This document shows, piece by piece, positions 1 to 8,006 of a DNA stretch of 64,000 nt. Each line of letters opens with the position of its first letter. Position 1 is the first letter of the stretch. The position numbers were made by a program, and so were the translations under genes. The notes beneath the pieces are model-generated. The model worked only from the letters and a program-made list of their open reading frames with translations, was not told the DNA's origin and made no database searches. The DNA comes from an uncultured Spirochaetota bacterium (GTDB lineage: Bacteria; Spirochaetota; Spirochaetia; SZUA-6; CAVTHK01), in NCBI GenBank assembly GCA_963734495.1, contig CAVTHK010000013.1, positions 256,001 through 320,000 on the forward strand, in the 5' to 3' direction.

Positions 1-477
1 GGCCTGCTCAACCACTACTTCAGGCTGCTCAACCTGCCCGAGCAGAACTGGCTCGCGAGCCCGGTGTGGTCGATGTTCGCGATCGTCGTGACCGACACCT
101 GGTGGGTGGTCGGGTGGCCCATGATCATCTTTCTCGCCGGGCTCGGCCAGATCGATGCGCAGCTCTACGAGGCGGCCAGGGTCGACGGTGCGGGCGCCCC
201 GCAGAGCTTCTGGCACATTACGCTGCCGGGCCTCCGGCCGAGCCTGCTCTTCATCATCGTCACGCACCTGATCGGGAGCCTTCAGATCTTCGGGCTCATC
301 TTTATCATGACGGGAGGCGGCCCCTACGGGTCGACCCGCGTGATGGTGCAGTACATCTACGAGAACGGCTTCGAGTACTACAAGATGGGCTACGCTGCGG
401 CCCTTTCGTTCCTCCTGATGATCGTCGTGCTGATCGCGACGCTGCTTCAGTTCACGATCCTCAAGCCCAGGGAGTAG
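1..477 (+). CDS. Carbohydrate ABC transporter permease (5' part outside window)
   Basis: Frame open from base 1 (GLLNHYFRLLNLP); EAA loop LYEAARVDGAG; IFIMTGGGPYGST; hydrophobic helices. Confidence 0.9.
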   Translation, partial: GLLNHYFRLLNLPEQNWLASPVWSMFAIVVTDTWWVVGWPMIIFLAGLGQIDAQLYEAARVDGAGAPQSFWHITLPGLRPSLLFIIVTHLIGSLQIFGLIFIMTGGGPYGSTRVMVQYIYENGFEYYKMGYAAALSFLLMIVVLIATLLQFTILKPRE

Positions 478-481
478 GGGC

Positions 482-1324
482 ATGGCCAAACCGGGAACAT
501 CCAGGGCTGCAGCCGCCGCGCTCAACTCGGTCCTCGCGATCGCCGCGCTCGCGTTCCTGGCGCCCCTCGTCTGGATGCTTTCCACGTCGCTCAAGTCGGA
601 GACCGAGATCTTTACCCTTCCGCTCCACTGGATCCCGTGGAAGGTGAGCCTCGAGCACTACATCAAGGCGCTCACGGGCACGAAGCTCCTGCGCTGGTTC
701 TGGAATTCGGTCTTCGTCGCCATGATGGAGACGGGCTTCGGCCTGGTTTTCATGTCGCTGGCGGCCTACCCGTTCGCGCGCATGAAGTTCGCGGGCAAGA
801 ACGTCGTTTTCATCATCGTGCTGTCCACCATGATGATCCCGTCGCAGGTCACGTTCGTTCCCACCTACCTCATTCTCGCACGCATCGGCTGGATCAACAC
901 GTTCCGCGGGATCATCGTGCCGAACATCGCGAACGCGTTCGGCGTGTTCCTGCTGCGCCAGTTCTTCGAGGGCATCCCGCGGGAGCTCGAGGACGCGGCC
1001 CGGATCGACGGCTGCGGGCGGCTCGCGATCTTCCTGCGCGTGATCGTCGCGCTGTCGGGGCCGGCCCTGACCGCGCTCGGCATCTTCAGGTTCCTGGGGT
1101 CGTGGAACGACTTTCTCTGGCCCATGATCGTGCTGCAGGAAGCGGGCAAGATGACCCTGCCCGTCGGGCTGGCCATCAGCCTGCAGGCGACCTACACGAC
1201 CGCGAGCTACGGGATCCTCATGGCCGCGGCGTTCGTGGCGTCGGCGCCCATCCTGGTGGTCTACATCGTATTCCAGGAGCAGATCATCAAGGGCGTGACC
1301 CTCACGGGCGTCATCAAGGGATAA
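482..1324 (+). CDS. Carbohydrate ABC transporter permease (MalG-like)
   Basis: ELEDAARIDGCG EAA motif, WNDFLWP, TM segments. Confidence 0.92.
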   Translation: MAKPGTSRAAAAALNSVLAIAALAFLAPLVWMLSTSLKSETEIFTLPLHWIPWKVSLEHYIKALTGTKLLRWFWNSVFVAMMETGFGLVFMSLAAYPFARMKFAGKNVVFIIVLSTMMIPSQVTFVPTYLILARIGWINTFRGIIVPNIANAFGVFLLRQFFEGIPRELEDAARIDGCGRLAIFLRVIVALSGPALTALGIFRFLGSWNDFLWPMIVLQEAGKMTLPVGLAISLQATYTTASYGILMAAAFVASAPILVVYIVFQEQIIKGVTLTGVIKG

Positions 1325-1325
1325 G

Positions 1326-1645
1326 TCAAGAAGGTCGGCGGCCGGAGCCTTTTCGGCTGCCGTCGCCTGGGCGCGACGTGAAGCGCGTGCGAACGTACTC
1401 CCGTGCGCTTTCAGGCGCGAGCTTGATCGTTCCCGGTCCGCTGCGCACGTAGAAGTCGCCTTGCGGGTCTGTGTCGACGCCTCTCCAATTGACGAATACA
1501 GGCTCGGGGCTTCGCTGACAGCTCGCGACGCACACTGTCCTGCCCTGCACTACCTGAGCGCCAATAGGGTGACGTGTTCGTCATCCTTGCGGTCCTCTTT
1601 GAGATTCCAGCGCAGTGTCGACCTGAACTCGGAGGTCTTGGACTC
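1326..1645 (-). pseudogene. Internally deleted Schlafen/AlbA_2-like domain remnant
   Basis: N-terminal motif ESKTSEFRSTLRWNLKE followed, after a stop and frame change near 1550, by C-terminal motif GDFYVRSGPGT; the domain core is missing. Confidence 0.65.
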
Positions 1646-1757
1646 GTGTAGACGGCGAACCCCTCCAGGCGACCCTGCGTCTCGCATAACAGGTTGGGGT
1701 CGGCGCCCTCGGAAAGGAGCGTCGTCTCGTAGTAGGGCCCGAACGCCGCTTTGATCG
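1646..1757 (-). pseudogene. hsdR: Fragment of type I restriction subunit HsdR, C-terminal region
   Basis: IKAAFGPYYETTLLSEGADPNLL resembles the HsdR AFxPYYETTxLxxxxDPN segment. Confidence 0.65.
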
Positions 1758-1954
1758 ACGGTGGAAGGGGAAGGACGGGGCGGCGGTCCCTGATCTTTCC
1801 GCGGTACCAGCAGCTCGAGTGCGTGCGCAAGCTCTTGCCAGATGCACGGGTGCACGGGCCCGGCAGGCGCTACCTCATCCAACACTCGGCGGGAAGCGGC
1901 AAGAGCTTCACCATCGCCTGGCTTGCCCACCAGCTCTCGGTCCTCCACGACGCA
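1757..1954 (+). pseudogene. hsdR: Inverted fragment of HsdR helicase motif I region
   Basis: LIFPRYQQL...YLIQHSAGSGKSFTIAWLAHQL, on the strand opposite to the flanking hsd fragments. Confidence 0.85.
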
Positions 1955-2292
1955 CACAGTCCGCGACCGATACCGTAGTCCTGATCCGCGATGTTGAGCT
2001 CGCCGACGGGCGCACGAACAGACATCAAGATGTCGGATGGGCGAGCGCGCTTCGTCGCACTGTCACATGCCTGGCTCGGTGTTGGGTGCAACGGTCCAAA
2101 CTCCGCAGCCCCTTGCAGGAACGGAAGCCCCTCCGAGCCGGCGACGACAAACTCCGATGGTGGCGATTGCCCAGCTTCGATGTGCGCAAGAAACTTCAGG
2201 CGGAGCATCTTTCAGTGCGCGGGAGTCTGTTCGAACCATCCAACGCCCGAGTCCCTGTACTTGGGGTATGGCTTGTATCGCCCGGCGCTCAT
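1951..2292 (-). pseudogene. hsdS: Truncated type I specificity subunit HsdS
   Basis: ATG overlaps the abiEii stop; MSAGRYKPYPKYRDSGVGW...PAH then TGA (2212-2214) where Trp is usual; continues in frame GQSPPS...PFLQGAAEFG...DILMSVRAPVG...IGRGLCA and then breaks off. Confidence 0.85.
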
Positions 2293-3200
2293 CGCCACGG
2301 GCCTCCGGGACGCCACGTGCCGCGCGCCTTCGCTTGTCCGCGCTGATCGTCAAGAATCGGTAGCAGGAACTCGCCCAGGAGCCTGGAGAACTCCGGCCCC
2401 GGGATCTCGGCTTCCAGCCGCGCTCGTTTCACGAACGCCCGCATCTGCGAAGGACGCGACGGATTCTCCCAGTACTGCGGCGTCAGACCGATCGGCGTCT
2501 CAGCGGGGATCGGCGTGCGCCGCCTGCCGAGGGTTCTCCTGACAGCCTCGCTGAGCGTCTTGCGATCGAACTCGAAGCGTGTCGCCAGATGGTGAAGATC
2601 AAAAAGATCCTTGATGCGGCTGTTTCTGTCGCCGAACACGATCACTGCTTCGAGCTTTTCCGCCACAACGGCCTCACGTGGATAGGCGAGCACTTCGGGA
2701 ACGGGGGAGTCGAGCAGCACGGGATACCTGCAGAGCTGCGGTGGGGGCCACACTGGGTCGCCGACGCCCATGTCGATCTGGAGCGAGAGCCGTGCCGAGC
2801 CGCAACGGGCCGGCAGCGCCACTCGGGTCCCCGCATACTCGTCCTCTGCTCGGATCGCGTCGATCTTCACTCCGTCGGCGTCAAAGACAACCGCGTCGGG
2901 CTCTACCTCCGTCGCGCACACCGTGCGAATGTCCTCACGGATCGCATCGAAGGATGCATTGCCTATGCGAAGGAGATCCAGGTCGCGAGTCGCCCTGTAG
3001 GGGCGATCCGACCAGACACGGAGCAGCATGGCCCCCTTGAGCACGAACTGATCCCGCAGCGCAGAAACGCCTAGGCGATAGAGGAATCGCTCGAAGCAAT
3101 AGCCCGTCAGCACCACGAGGTAGTCGTCCCCTGCTTGCTTGGCGCGGTTCAGAAGGCGTGTCGCGACCGAAGCGGCAAGATTGGCCTTCTTCTGTGTCAT
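2289..3200 (-). CDS. abiEii: Type IV TA toxin, AbiEii/AbiGii nucleotidyltransferase
   Basis: ERFLYRL, FVLKGAMLL, RATRDLDL, AEKLEA, NSRIKDLFDL motifs; intact ORF. Confidence 0.92.
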   Translation of the reverse strand: MTQKKANLAASVATRLLNRAKQAGDDYLVVLTGYCFERFLYRLGVSALRDQFVLKGAMLLRVWSDRPYRATRDLDLLRIGNASFDAIREDIRTVCATEVEPDAVVFDADGVKIDAIRAEDEYAGTRVALPARCGSARLSLQIDMGVGDPVWPPPQLCRYPVLLDSPVPEVLAYPREAVVAEKLEAVIVFGDRNSRIKDLFDLHHLATRFEFDRKTLSEAVRRTLGRRRTPIPAETPIGLTPQYWENPSRPSQMRAFVKRARLEAEIPGPEFSRLLGEFLLPILDDQRGQAKARGTWRPGGPWR

Positions 3201-3799
3201 GCTGTCGCGTCCAGGTACGGTTGCATCACGCGTGTGACTCGACAGATCCGCGCGTAGCGGGCAAGCTCCGCAGCGCCGCCGCGATGACGGCGGCGAAAGT
3301 CGCGGAGCGCTTCGACGGCCACGTCAATGCCCACTTTGTAACGGTACTTGAAACAGTCGGCCACCGTCTTGGCCGCCGAGTACACCCGGACCTGCACTCC
3401 TTCCACGCGATGTGTCTCGATCCCCTCCGCCAGCGCGGCCCCTGAAAAGCGGGCGACCCTCAGCTTGGGATAGTCGAGGCGAGGTCGTCGCGCCTTTTCG
3501 GGCAGGGCAACCCAAACCTCGGCGGGGTTCTGGGTAGTGAGGCCATGAAACCGGAGAGCGGTCAGCAGACACACGACTCCACCGGGCAGTCGCTTCGCCA
3601 GGTGCGCCAGCGTGTGTCTCTCTGTGACGGCATGTTGACTTGCGATGTAGACACCTCGAGCCTGGCGCGTGATCACGCCGTCGCGGACGAGGCGGTAGAA
3701 CTGCCCCAGCGGGATCCCGCGGGTCTTGAGGTCGACCGGCCTGACGATGCCCAGCTCCCGGACAACGCGCAGCACCCGGTCTCTCGTTGCGCTTGCCAT
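3197..3799 (-). CDS. abiEi: Type IV TA antitoxin, AbiEi family regulator
   Basis: ARGVY, CLLTALRFHGLTTQNP, KTVADCFKYR; stop overlaps toxin start; start placed at MASATRD. Confidence 0.9.
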   Translation of the reverse strand: MASATRDRVLRVVRELGIVRPVDLKTRGIPLGQFYRLVRDGVITRQARGVYIASQHAVTERHTLAHLAKRLPGGVVCLLTALRFHGLTTQNPAEVWVALPEKARRPRLDYPKLRVARFSGAALAEGIETHRVEGVQVRVYSAAKTVADCFKYRYKVGIDVAVEALRDFRRRHRGGAAELARYARICRVTRVMQPYLDATA

Positions 3800-3808
3800 T
3801 CCAGGCAC

Positions 3809-3904
3809 ACTATACGATCTGTCGGGACTTGTTCGCAAGGCCCGACGTTTTGTACCATACCGGTTCCGGAAACGTCGGCAACTCCTTCTCATTTGCCGAC
3901 GTTT
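3809..3904 (-). promoter_or_regulatory. abiE promoter with two inverted repeats (putative AbiEi operators)
   Basis: TTGCGA-18 nt-TATAGT on minus strand; IR gtcgggacttg/caaggcccgac (3821-3846) and perfect 12-bp IR aaacgtcggcaa/ttgccgacgttt (3870-3904). Confidence 0.7.
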
Positions 3905-3912
3905 TTTGGAAG

Positions 3913-4053
3913 CTACTCTCTTCCGGTTACCTCGGCCAGCATGCGCACGATGTCCTTTTCGATGACCCGGATATCGGCATCGATCTCCTCGAGGGGGCGG
4001 GGCGGAGCATAGACGTAGAAGTACCTGTTGAAGTCGATCTCATACCCGACAAT
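3913..4053 (-). pseudogene. hsdM: C-terminal remnant of type I methyltransferase HsdM (not in the ORF track)
   Basis: Hand translation: IVGYEIDFNRYFYVYAPPRPLEEIDADIRVIEKDIVRMLAEVTGRE*, a typical HsdM C-terminus. Confidence 0.85.
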
Positions 4054-4125
4054 CACATCCTGGTACTTGTCCGGCAACGCCCCAGAGGAAACTCGCTGTG
4101 GTTCACCGCCCCGCGGATCCGAGCC

Positions 4126-5865
4126 TCAACCGCGCGTCTTCGAAAAGATCTTCCTGATCCGCTTCATATCGAACTTGGCCGAACGGTCAAAGGCATAGAT
4201 GCCGTTCTGCTCCTGCTCCACGTCCGTGAGCTGCGTGTAGCAGTAGCCCGCGATGTGGTCGAAGGAGAGGATCGCGTCGACCTGCCCCTCGAGACGCTCG
4301 TAGAATTCCGCTTCCGTCTTCGGCCCTTCGCCGTAGCCCCACGACGTCTCCATCCACGGCTTCGTCCCGGGCGGGATCCACTTGATCCCGCCGAACTCGT
4401 CGATCAGGTAGGGCTGGCCGGTGTACTGCGTCTCCCACTGCGGGTAGCAGCGCCGCAGGCCATCCGCGTCCGGGGTGAGCCACTGCTTGAGCTCCGCGGG
4501 CGGCTGGATGTAGCTGTGCACCGTCCAGAGGTCGGTCCGGATGTGAACGTACCCGCTGGCGTCGTTGACCGGACGCGTGGGGTCGAGCGCGCGCGTCAGC
4601 TCGTACAGGTCCTGGTGGAACCGCCAGTGCTGCGCCGGGCCGGGCTCGACCTGCCGCGTCTCGTTCAGCGGCGTCCACGCGATGATCGACGGGTGGTTGC
4701 GGTCGCGCACCACGGCCTCCGCCCACTCCGTGAGCAGGTTGCGCGCGCCCAGGCGGTCGGCCGGCTGCACGCCCCAGCTCGCGAACTCGCCCCACGTGAG
4801 GTAGCCGAGCTTGTCGGCCCAGTAGTGGAAGCGCTCGTCGAACACCTTCTGGTGCAGGCGCGCGCCGTTGAAGCCCGCGGCCATGGAGAGCTCGATGTCG
4901 CGCTTGAGCGCCTCGTCGCTCGGCGCGGTCCAGCCGCCGTCGGGGTAGAAGCCCTGATCGAGCACGAGGCGCAGGTAGATCGGCTCGTTGTTCAGCAGGA
5001 TGCGGTTGCCTTCGATCGCGACCTTGCGCAGGCCGGCGTAGGCGCGCACAAGGTCGACGACGCGCGAGCCGTCGAGCACCGCCAGCTCGATGTCATAGAG
5101 GAAGGGGTCCGCCGGCGACCACGGCCTCACGTCCGCGAGCGCGACGCTCACGGCCGCCCCGTCTGCCGCGGGGCTGCTCGCCTCGCCGACGGTCTTGCCC
5201 GCGGCGAGCGCGCGCACGCGAAGCGTGAGCCCGCGCCGCGTCTCGTAAAAGCGGGGCGTCACGACGAAGCGCCGGCCGTCGAGGTCGGGGACGATCTGCG
5301 CGTCCCTGAGGCCGTGCGGATCGAGCGCCTCCAGCCACACCGTGCTCCAGATCCCGGTCGTCCGCGTGTAGTGGCAGCGGTGGCGGACGAAGTTGAACTC
5401 CGGCCGCTGCTTGCCTCCCGGCTGCACGCCGGCTCGGATGTCATCCTCGGCGTACACGACCAGGTCGTGCTTCGCCCCCGCGCGCACGAATCTGGTGACG
5501 TCCAGGGAGAACGAGGTCGCCCCGCCCCAGTGGCGGCCGGCAAGCTTCCCGTCGACGAAGACGCGGGCATCGTAGTCCACGCCGCCGAAGTGGAGCATGA
5601 CGCGCCGCCCGCTCCAGTCGCGGGGGATCTCGATCGTGCGGTGGTACCAGACCGCGGGGATGAAGTCCTTGTGCCCGATGCCCGAGAGATCGCTCTCGGG
5701 GCAGAACGGGACCAGGATCTTCCCGTCGAAGCCCTTGCTCGCGGCGAGGCCCCGCTCGAAGCCCGACACGCCGAAGTCGAAGGCGAAGCTCCACGTGCCG
5801 TTCAGGTTGATCCAGCTGTCCCGCACGAACTGGGGGCGCGGGTGCTCCGGTCTGGGGGTGCTCAT
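4126..5865 (-). CDS. Glycoside hydrolase family 2 (beta-galactosidase/glucuronidase-like)
   Basis: PRPEHPRPQF, LNGTWSFAFD, LDQGFYPDG, NHPSIIAWTPLNE, YTQLTDVEQEQNG. Confidence 0.92.
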   Translation of the reverse strand: MSTPRPEHPRPQFVRDSWINLNGTWSFAFDFGVSGFERGLAASKGFDGKILVPFCPESDLSGIGHKDFIPAVWYHRTIEIPRDWSGRRVMLHFGGVDYDARVFVDGKLAGRHWGGATSFSLDVTRFVRAGAKHDLVVYAEDDIRAGVQPGGKQRPEFNFVRHRCHYTRTTGIWSTVWLEALDPHGLRDAQIVPDLDGRRFVVTPRFYETRRGLTLRVRALAAGKTVGEASSPAADGAAVSVALADVRPWSPADPFLYDIELAVLDGSRVVDLVRAYAGLRKVAIEGNRILLNNEPIYLRLVLDQGFYPDGGWTAPSDEALKRDIELSMAAGFNGARLHQKVFDERFHYWADKLGYLTWGEFASWGVQPADRLGARNLLTEWAEAVVRDRNHPSIIAWTPLNETRQVEPGPAQHWRFHQDLYELTRALDPTRPVNDASGYVHIRTDLWTVHSYIQPPAELKQWLTPDADGLRRCYPQWETQYTGQPYLIDEFGGIKWIPPGTKPWMETSWGYGEGPKTEAEFYERLEGQVDAILSFDHIAGYCYTQLTDVEQEQNGIYAFDRSAKFDMKRIRKIFSKTRG

Positions 5866-5897
5866 GGCGGGCAGAGTAGCCGCGGCGGGCCCGCGAA

Positions 5898-8006
5898 TCA
5901 AGCGTGCTCGGCGAGGACGGCCGGCAGCAGCGGGGCCGCCTGCACCCGCGCTCGCACACCGCCCGCATCGGCTTCGAGCCGCACCCGGGCGCCGGTGCAC
6001 ACGTCGCGCAGCTCGCGGCCCGCCCAGAACCCGTCGCGGAACCAGACGTCGGCGCTCGCGCGGCCGGCCGGGAGAAAGACGAACACGACGCGGCCGCGGG
6101 TGCCGCGGCCTGCGACGATGTGGACAAAGCCGCCCGGCCCGGCCTCGGGGTCCACGGCCCTGAAAGGCCGCGGCGCGTGGCTGTCACAGATCCAGCCGAT
6201 GAAGCGCTCGAAGTCGCGTCCTGCATGCTGGAGGTAAGGGCCGCCGAGGTAGCTGCCGCACAGCAGCAGGCGCCCTCGCCCCGCTGCCGCCGACACCACC
6301 ACCGGCCCGCAGGCCGCCGTCGCCAGCGCCTCGCCGCCGCGCATCGGCGTGAGCCACTGCTCGCCTGCCAGCGCGAAGCGCTCGCCCCCCGCGCGCACGT
6401 CGAGGGGCGAGCCGTCGAGCGGGCGCCGGCCGAGCTCGGCGACGCCGGCGAGACGCGCGGGCAGCCGGTCCTCCGGGTACCGGTAGATCCCCGCCGGCGT
6501 GAACGCGCCGAGCTCGGACTCGGCCACGAGCACGCCTCCCGCGCGCACGAACTCCTCGAGCCTGCGCTCCGTCTCTTCGCTCAGGGCGACGGCGCGCGGG
6601 CAGAAGAGCACGCGGATCCCGTCGAGGTCATCGAGGTGCTCCTCCTCGATCACGCTGTACGGGATCGACTCGCGGACGAGCGCGCGGCAGGTGCCTTCGA
6701 TCCCGTTCATGGCCCGCTCCGGCGTCCCTTCCTGCGACCAGTAGAGGTAGTAGGACTGCGGGCTGAAGAGCACCCCCACCTCGCCCGCGTCGGGGCGATA
6801 GCCTTGGAGCGCGTCGCGGCAGGAGGCCAGCGCCTCCGCGGTGCGGCGAAAGCCGGCGAGGCGCACCGAAGCGAGCCCGTCGCCGCCGGTGATGCCGTAG
6901 CCGCTCGACTCCTGGCCGAAGACCTCGTCGCGCCAGCACCAGAAGAGGATCGTGTCGGCGCCTCCCGCCACGCCGGTCCAGAGCCACCGCTGCTGAGTGG
7001 CCGCGTCCACCGCGTCGCTCAGGTCGAAGGCCTTGTTTCCCCGGCCTCCCTGCAGCTCGCTCAGCCAGAGGCGCGTCCTGCCGCGCGCGGCCGAGCGGCC
7101 GTAGCCGACGCGGGCGGCGAAGTTCGCTTCGTCCTGCCCGTACCAGCGCGGAAAGCTCGAGAAGCCCACCGCGTCCGCGGCCTCCGCGAGGTGCCAGTCG
7201 TTCCCCCTGTTGAGCGCGGTGTCGAACGCTTCCAGCGTGCCGGGGTGCAGCGGCGAAGGCCGCGCTCCATGGACGGTGACCGGCCGCCCGGGGTCGAGCG
7301 CCTTCACGACCTTGTAGCGCGTCGCCGCGTGGTTGTTCGCGCGCCAGGTGAGGAAGTGCTGGAACGCCATCATCTCGGTGTACGGCCGGGACGGCAGCTT
7401 GCCCGGCCGGACCTGGTCCCACGATGCGTAGCGCCTGCGCCAGGCGCGGTTCAGCTCGTCCAGCCCGCCGTAGCGCGCGTCGAGCCAGGCGCGGAACGCG
7501 GCCAGAGTGTGCGGGCACCAGCACACGAGACCGTCGGCCTGCACGTTCCACCGCAGCTCGTTCCAGATGTCCCAGCCATGCAGGTGAGGCAGGTCCCGGT
7601 ACCGCGTCACGACGGTCTCGAGAAACGCCCGCATGCGCGCCCAGACTTCGGGGTTGTCCCAGCAGCCGCCGGGGGTCAGGCCGAAGTGGCACTCCACGCG
7701 GCTCGACGAGACGACGCGCGCGCCGGTGTTCGTGATCATCTCGCTGTCGGGGACGACGTCGTGGATCCAGAGCGGGTGCACCTCGGCGATCGTGCTGAGC
7801 ACGACGCGCAGCCCCTCGTCCGCGGCGATCTGCACGAGCCGGTCGTAGTCCTCGAAGCGGAGCTCACCCGGCTCGGGCTCGACCCACGCCCAGACGACCC
7901 AGAGCTGCACGGCGTCGAAGCCGCTCGACTTCATCAGGCGCAGGTCTTCGACCCAGTAGCGCTCTTCCGGGAACGGCGGACGATAGTACTGCGAGCCGAT
8001 GATCAT
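5898..8006 (-). CDS. Beta-galactosidase, GH42-like
   Basis: GSQYYRPP, WAWVEPEPG, WDIWNE, WLSELQGG, trimerisation-domain-like C-terminus; ATGA overlap with upstream gene. Confidence 0.85.
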   Translation of the reverse strand: MIIGSQYYRPPFPEERYWVEDLRLMKSSGFDAVQLWVVWAWVEPEPGELRFEDYDRLVQIAADEGLRVVLSTIAEVHPLWIHDVVPDSEMITNTGARVVSSSRVECHFGLTPGGCWDNPEVWARMRAFLETVVTRYRDLPHLHGWDIWNELRWNVQADGLVCWCPHTLAAFRAWLDARYGGLDELNRAWRRRYASWDQVRPGKLPSRPYTEMMAFQHFLTWRANNHAATRYKVVKALDPGRPVTVHGARPSPLHPGTLEAFDTALNRGNDWHLAEAADAVGFSSFPRWYGQDEANFAARVGYGRSAARGRTRLWLSELQGGRGNKAFDLSDAVDAATQQRWLWTGVAGGADTILFWCWRDEVFGQESSGYGITGGDGLASVRLAGFRRTAEALASCRDALQGYRPDAGEVGVLFSPQSYYLYWSQEGTPERAMNGIEGTCRALVRESIPYSVIEEEHLDDLDGIRVLFCPRAVALSEETERRLEEFVRAGGVLVAESELGAFTPAGIYRYPEDRLPARLAGVAELGRRPLDGSPLDVRAGGERFALAGEQWLTPMRGGEALATAACGPVVVSAAAGRGRLLLCGSYLGGPYLQHAGRDFERFIGWICDSHAPRPFRAVDPEAGPGGFVHIVAGRGTRGRVVFVFLPAGRASADVWFRDGFWAGRELRDVCTGARVRLEADAGGVRARVQAAPLLPAVLAEHA

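Noticed and set aside
2212-2214. In-frame TGA at a usual Trp position in hsdS, suggesting recoding
   Set aside because: TGA is the normal stop for many genes here and the gene is truncated anyway, so a nonsense mutation is simpler.
1751-2292. Phase-variable hsdS shufflon
   Set aside because: The inverted piece is hsdR, not an hsdS TRD; no recombinase or flanking inverted repeats.
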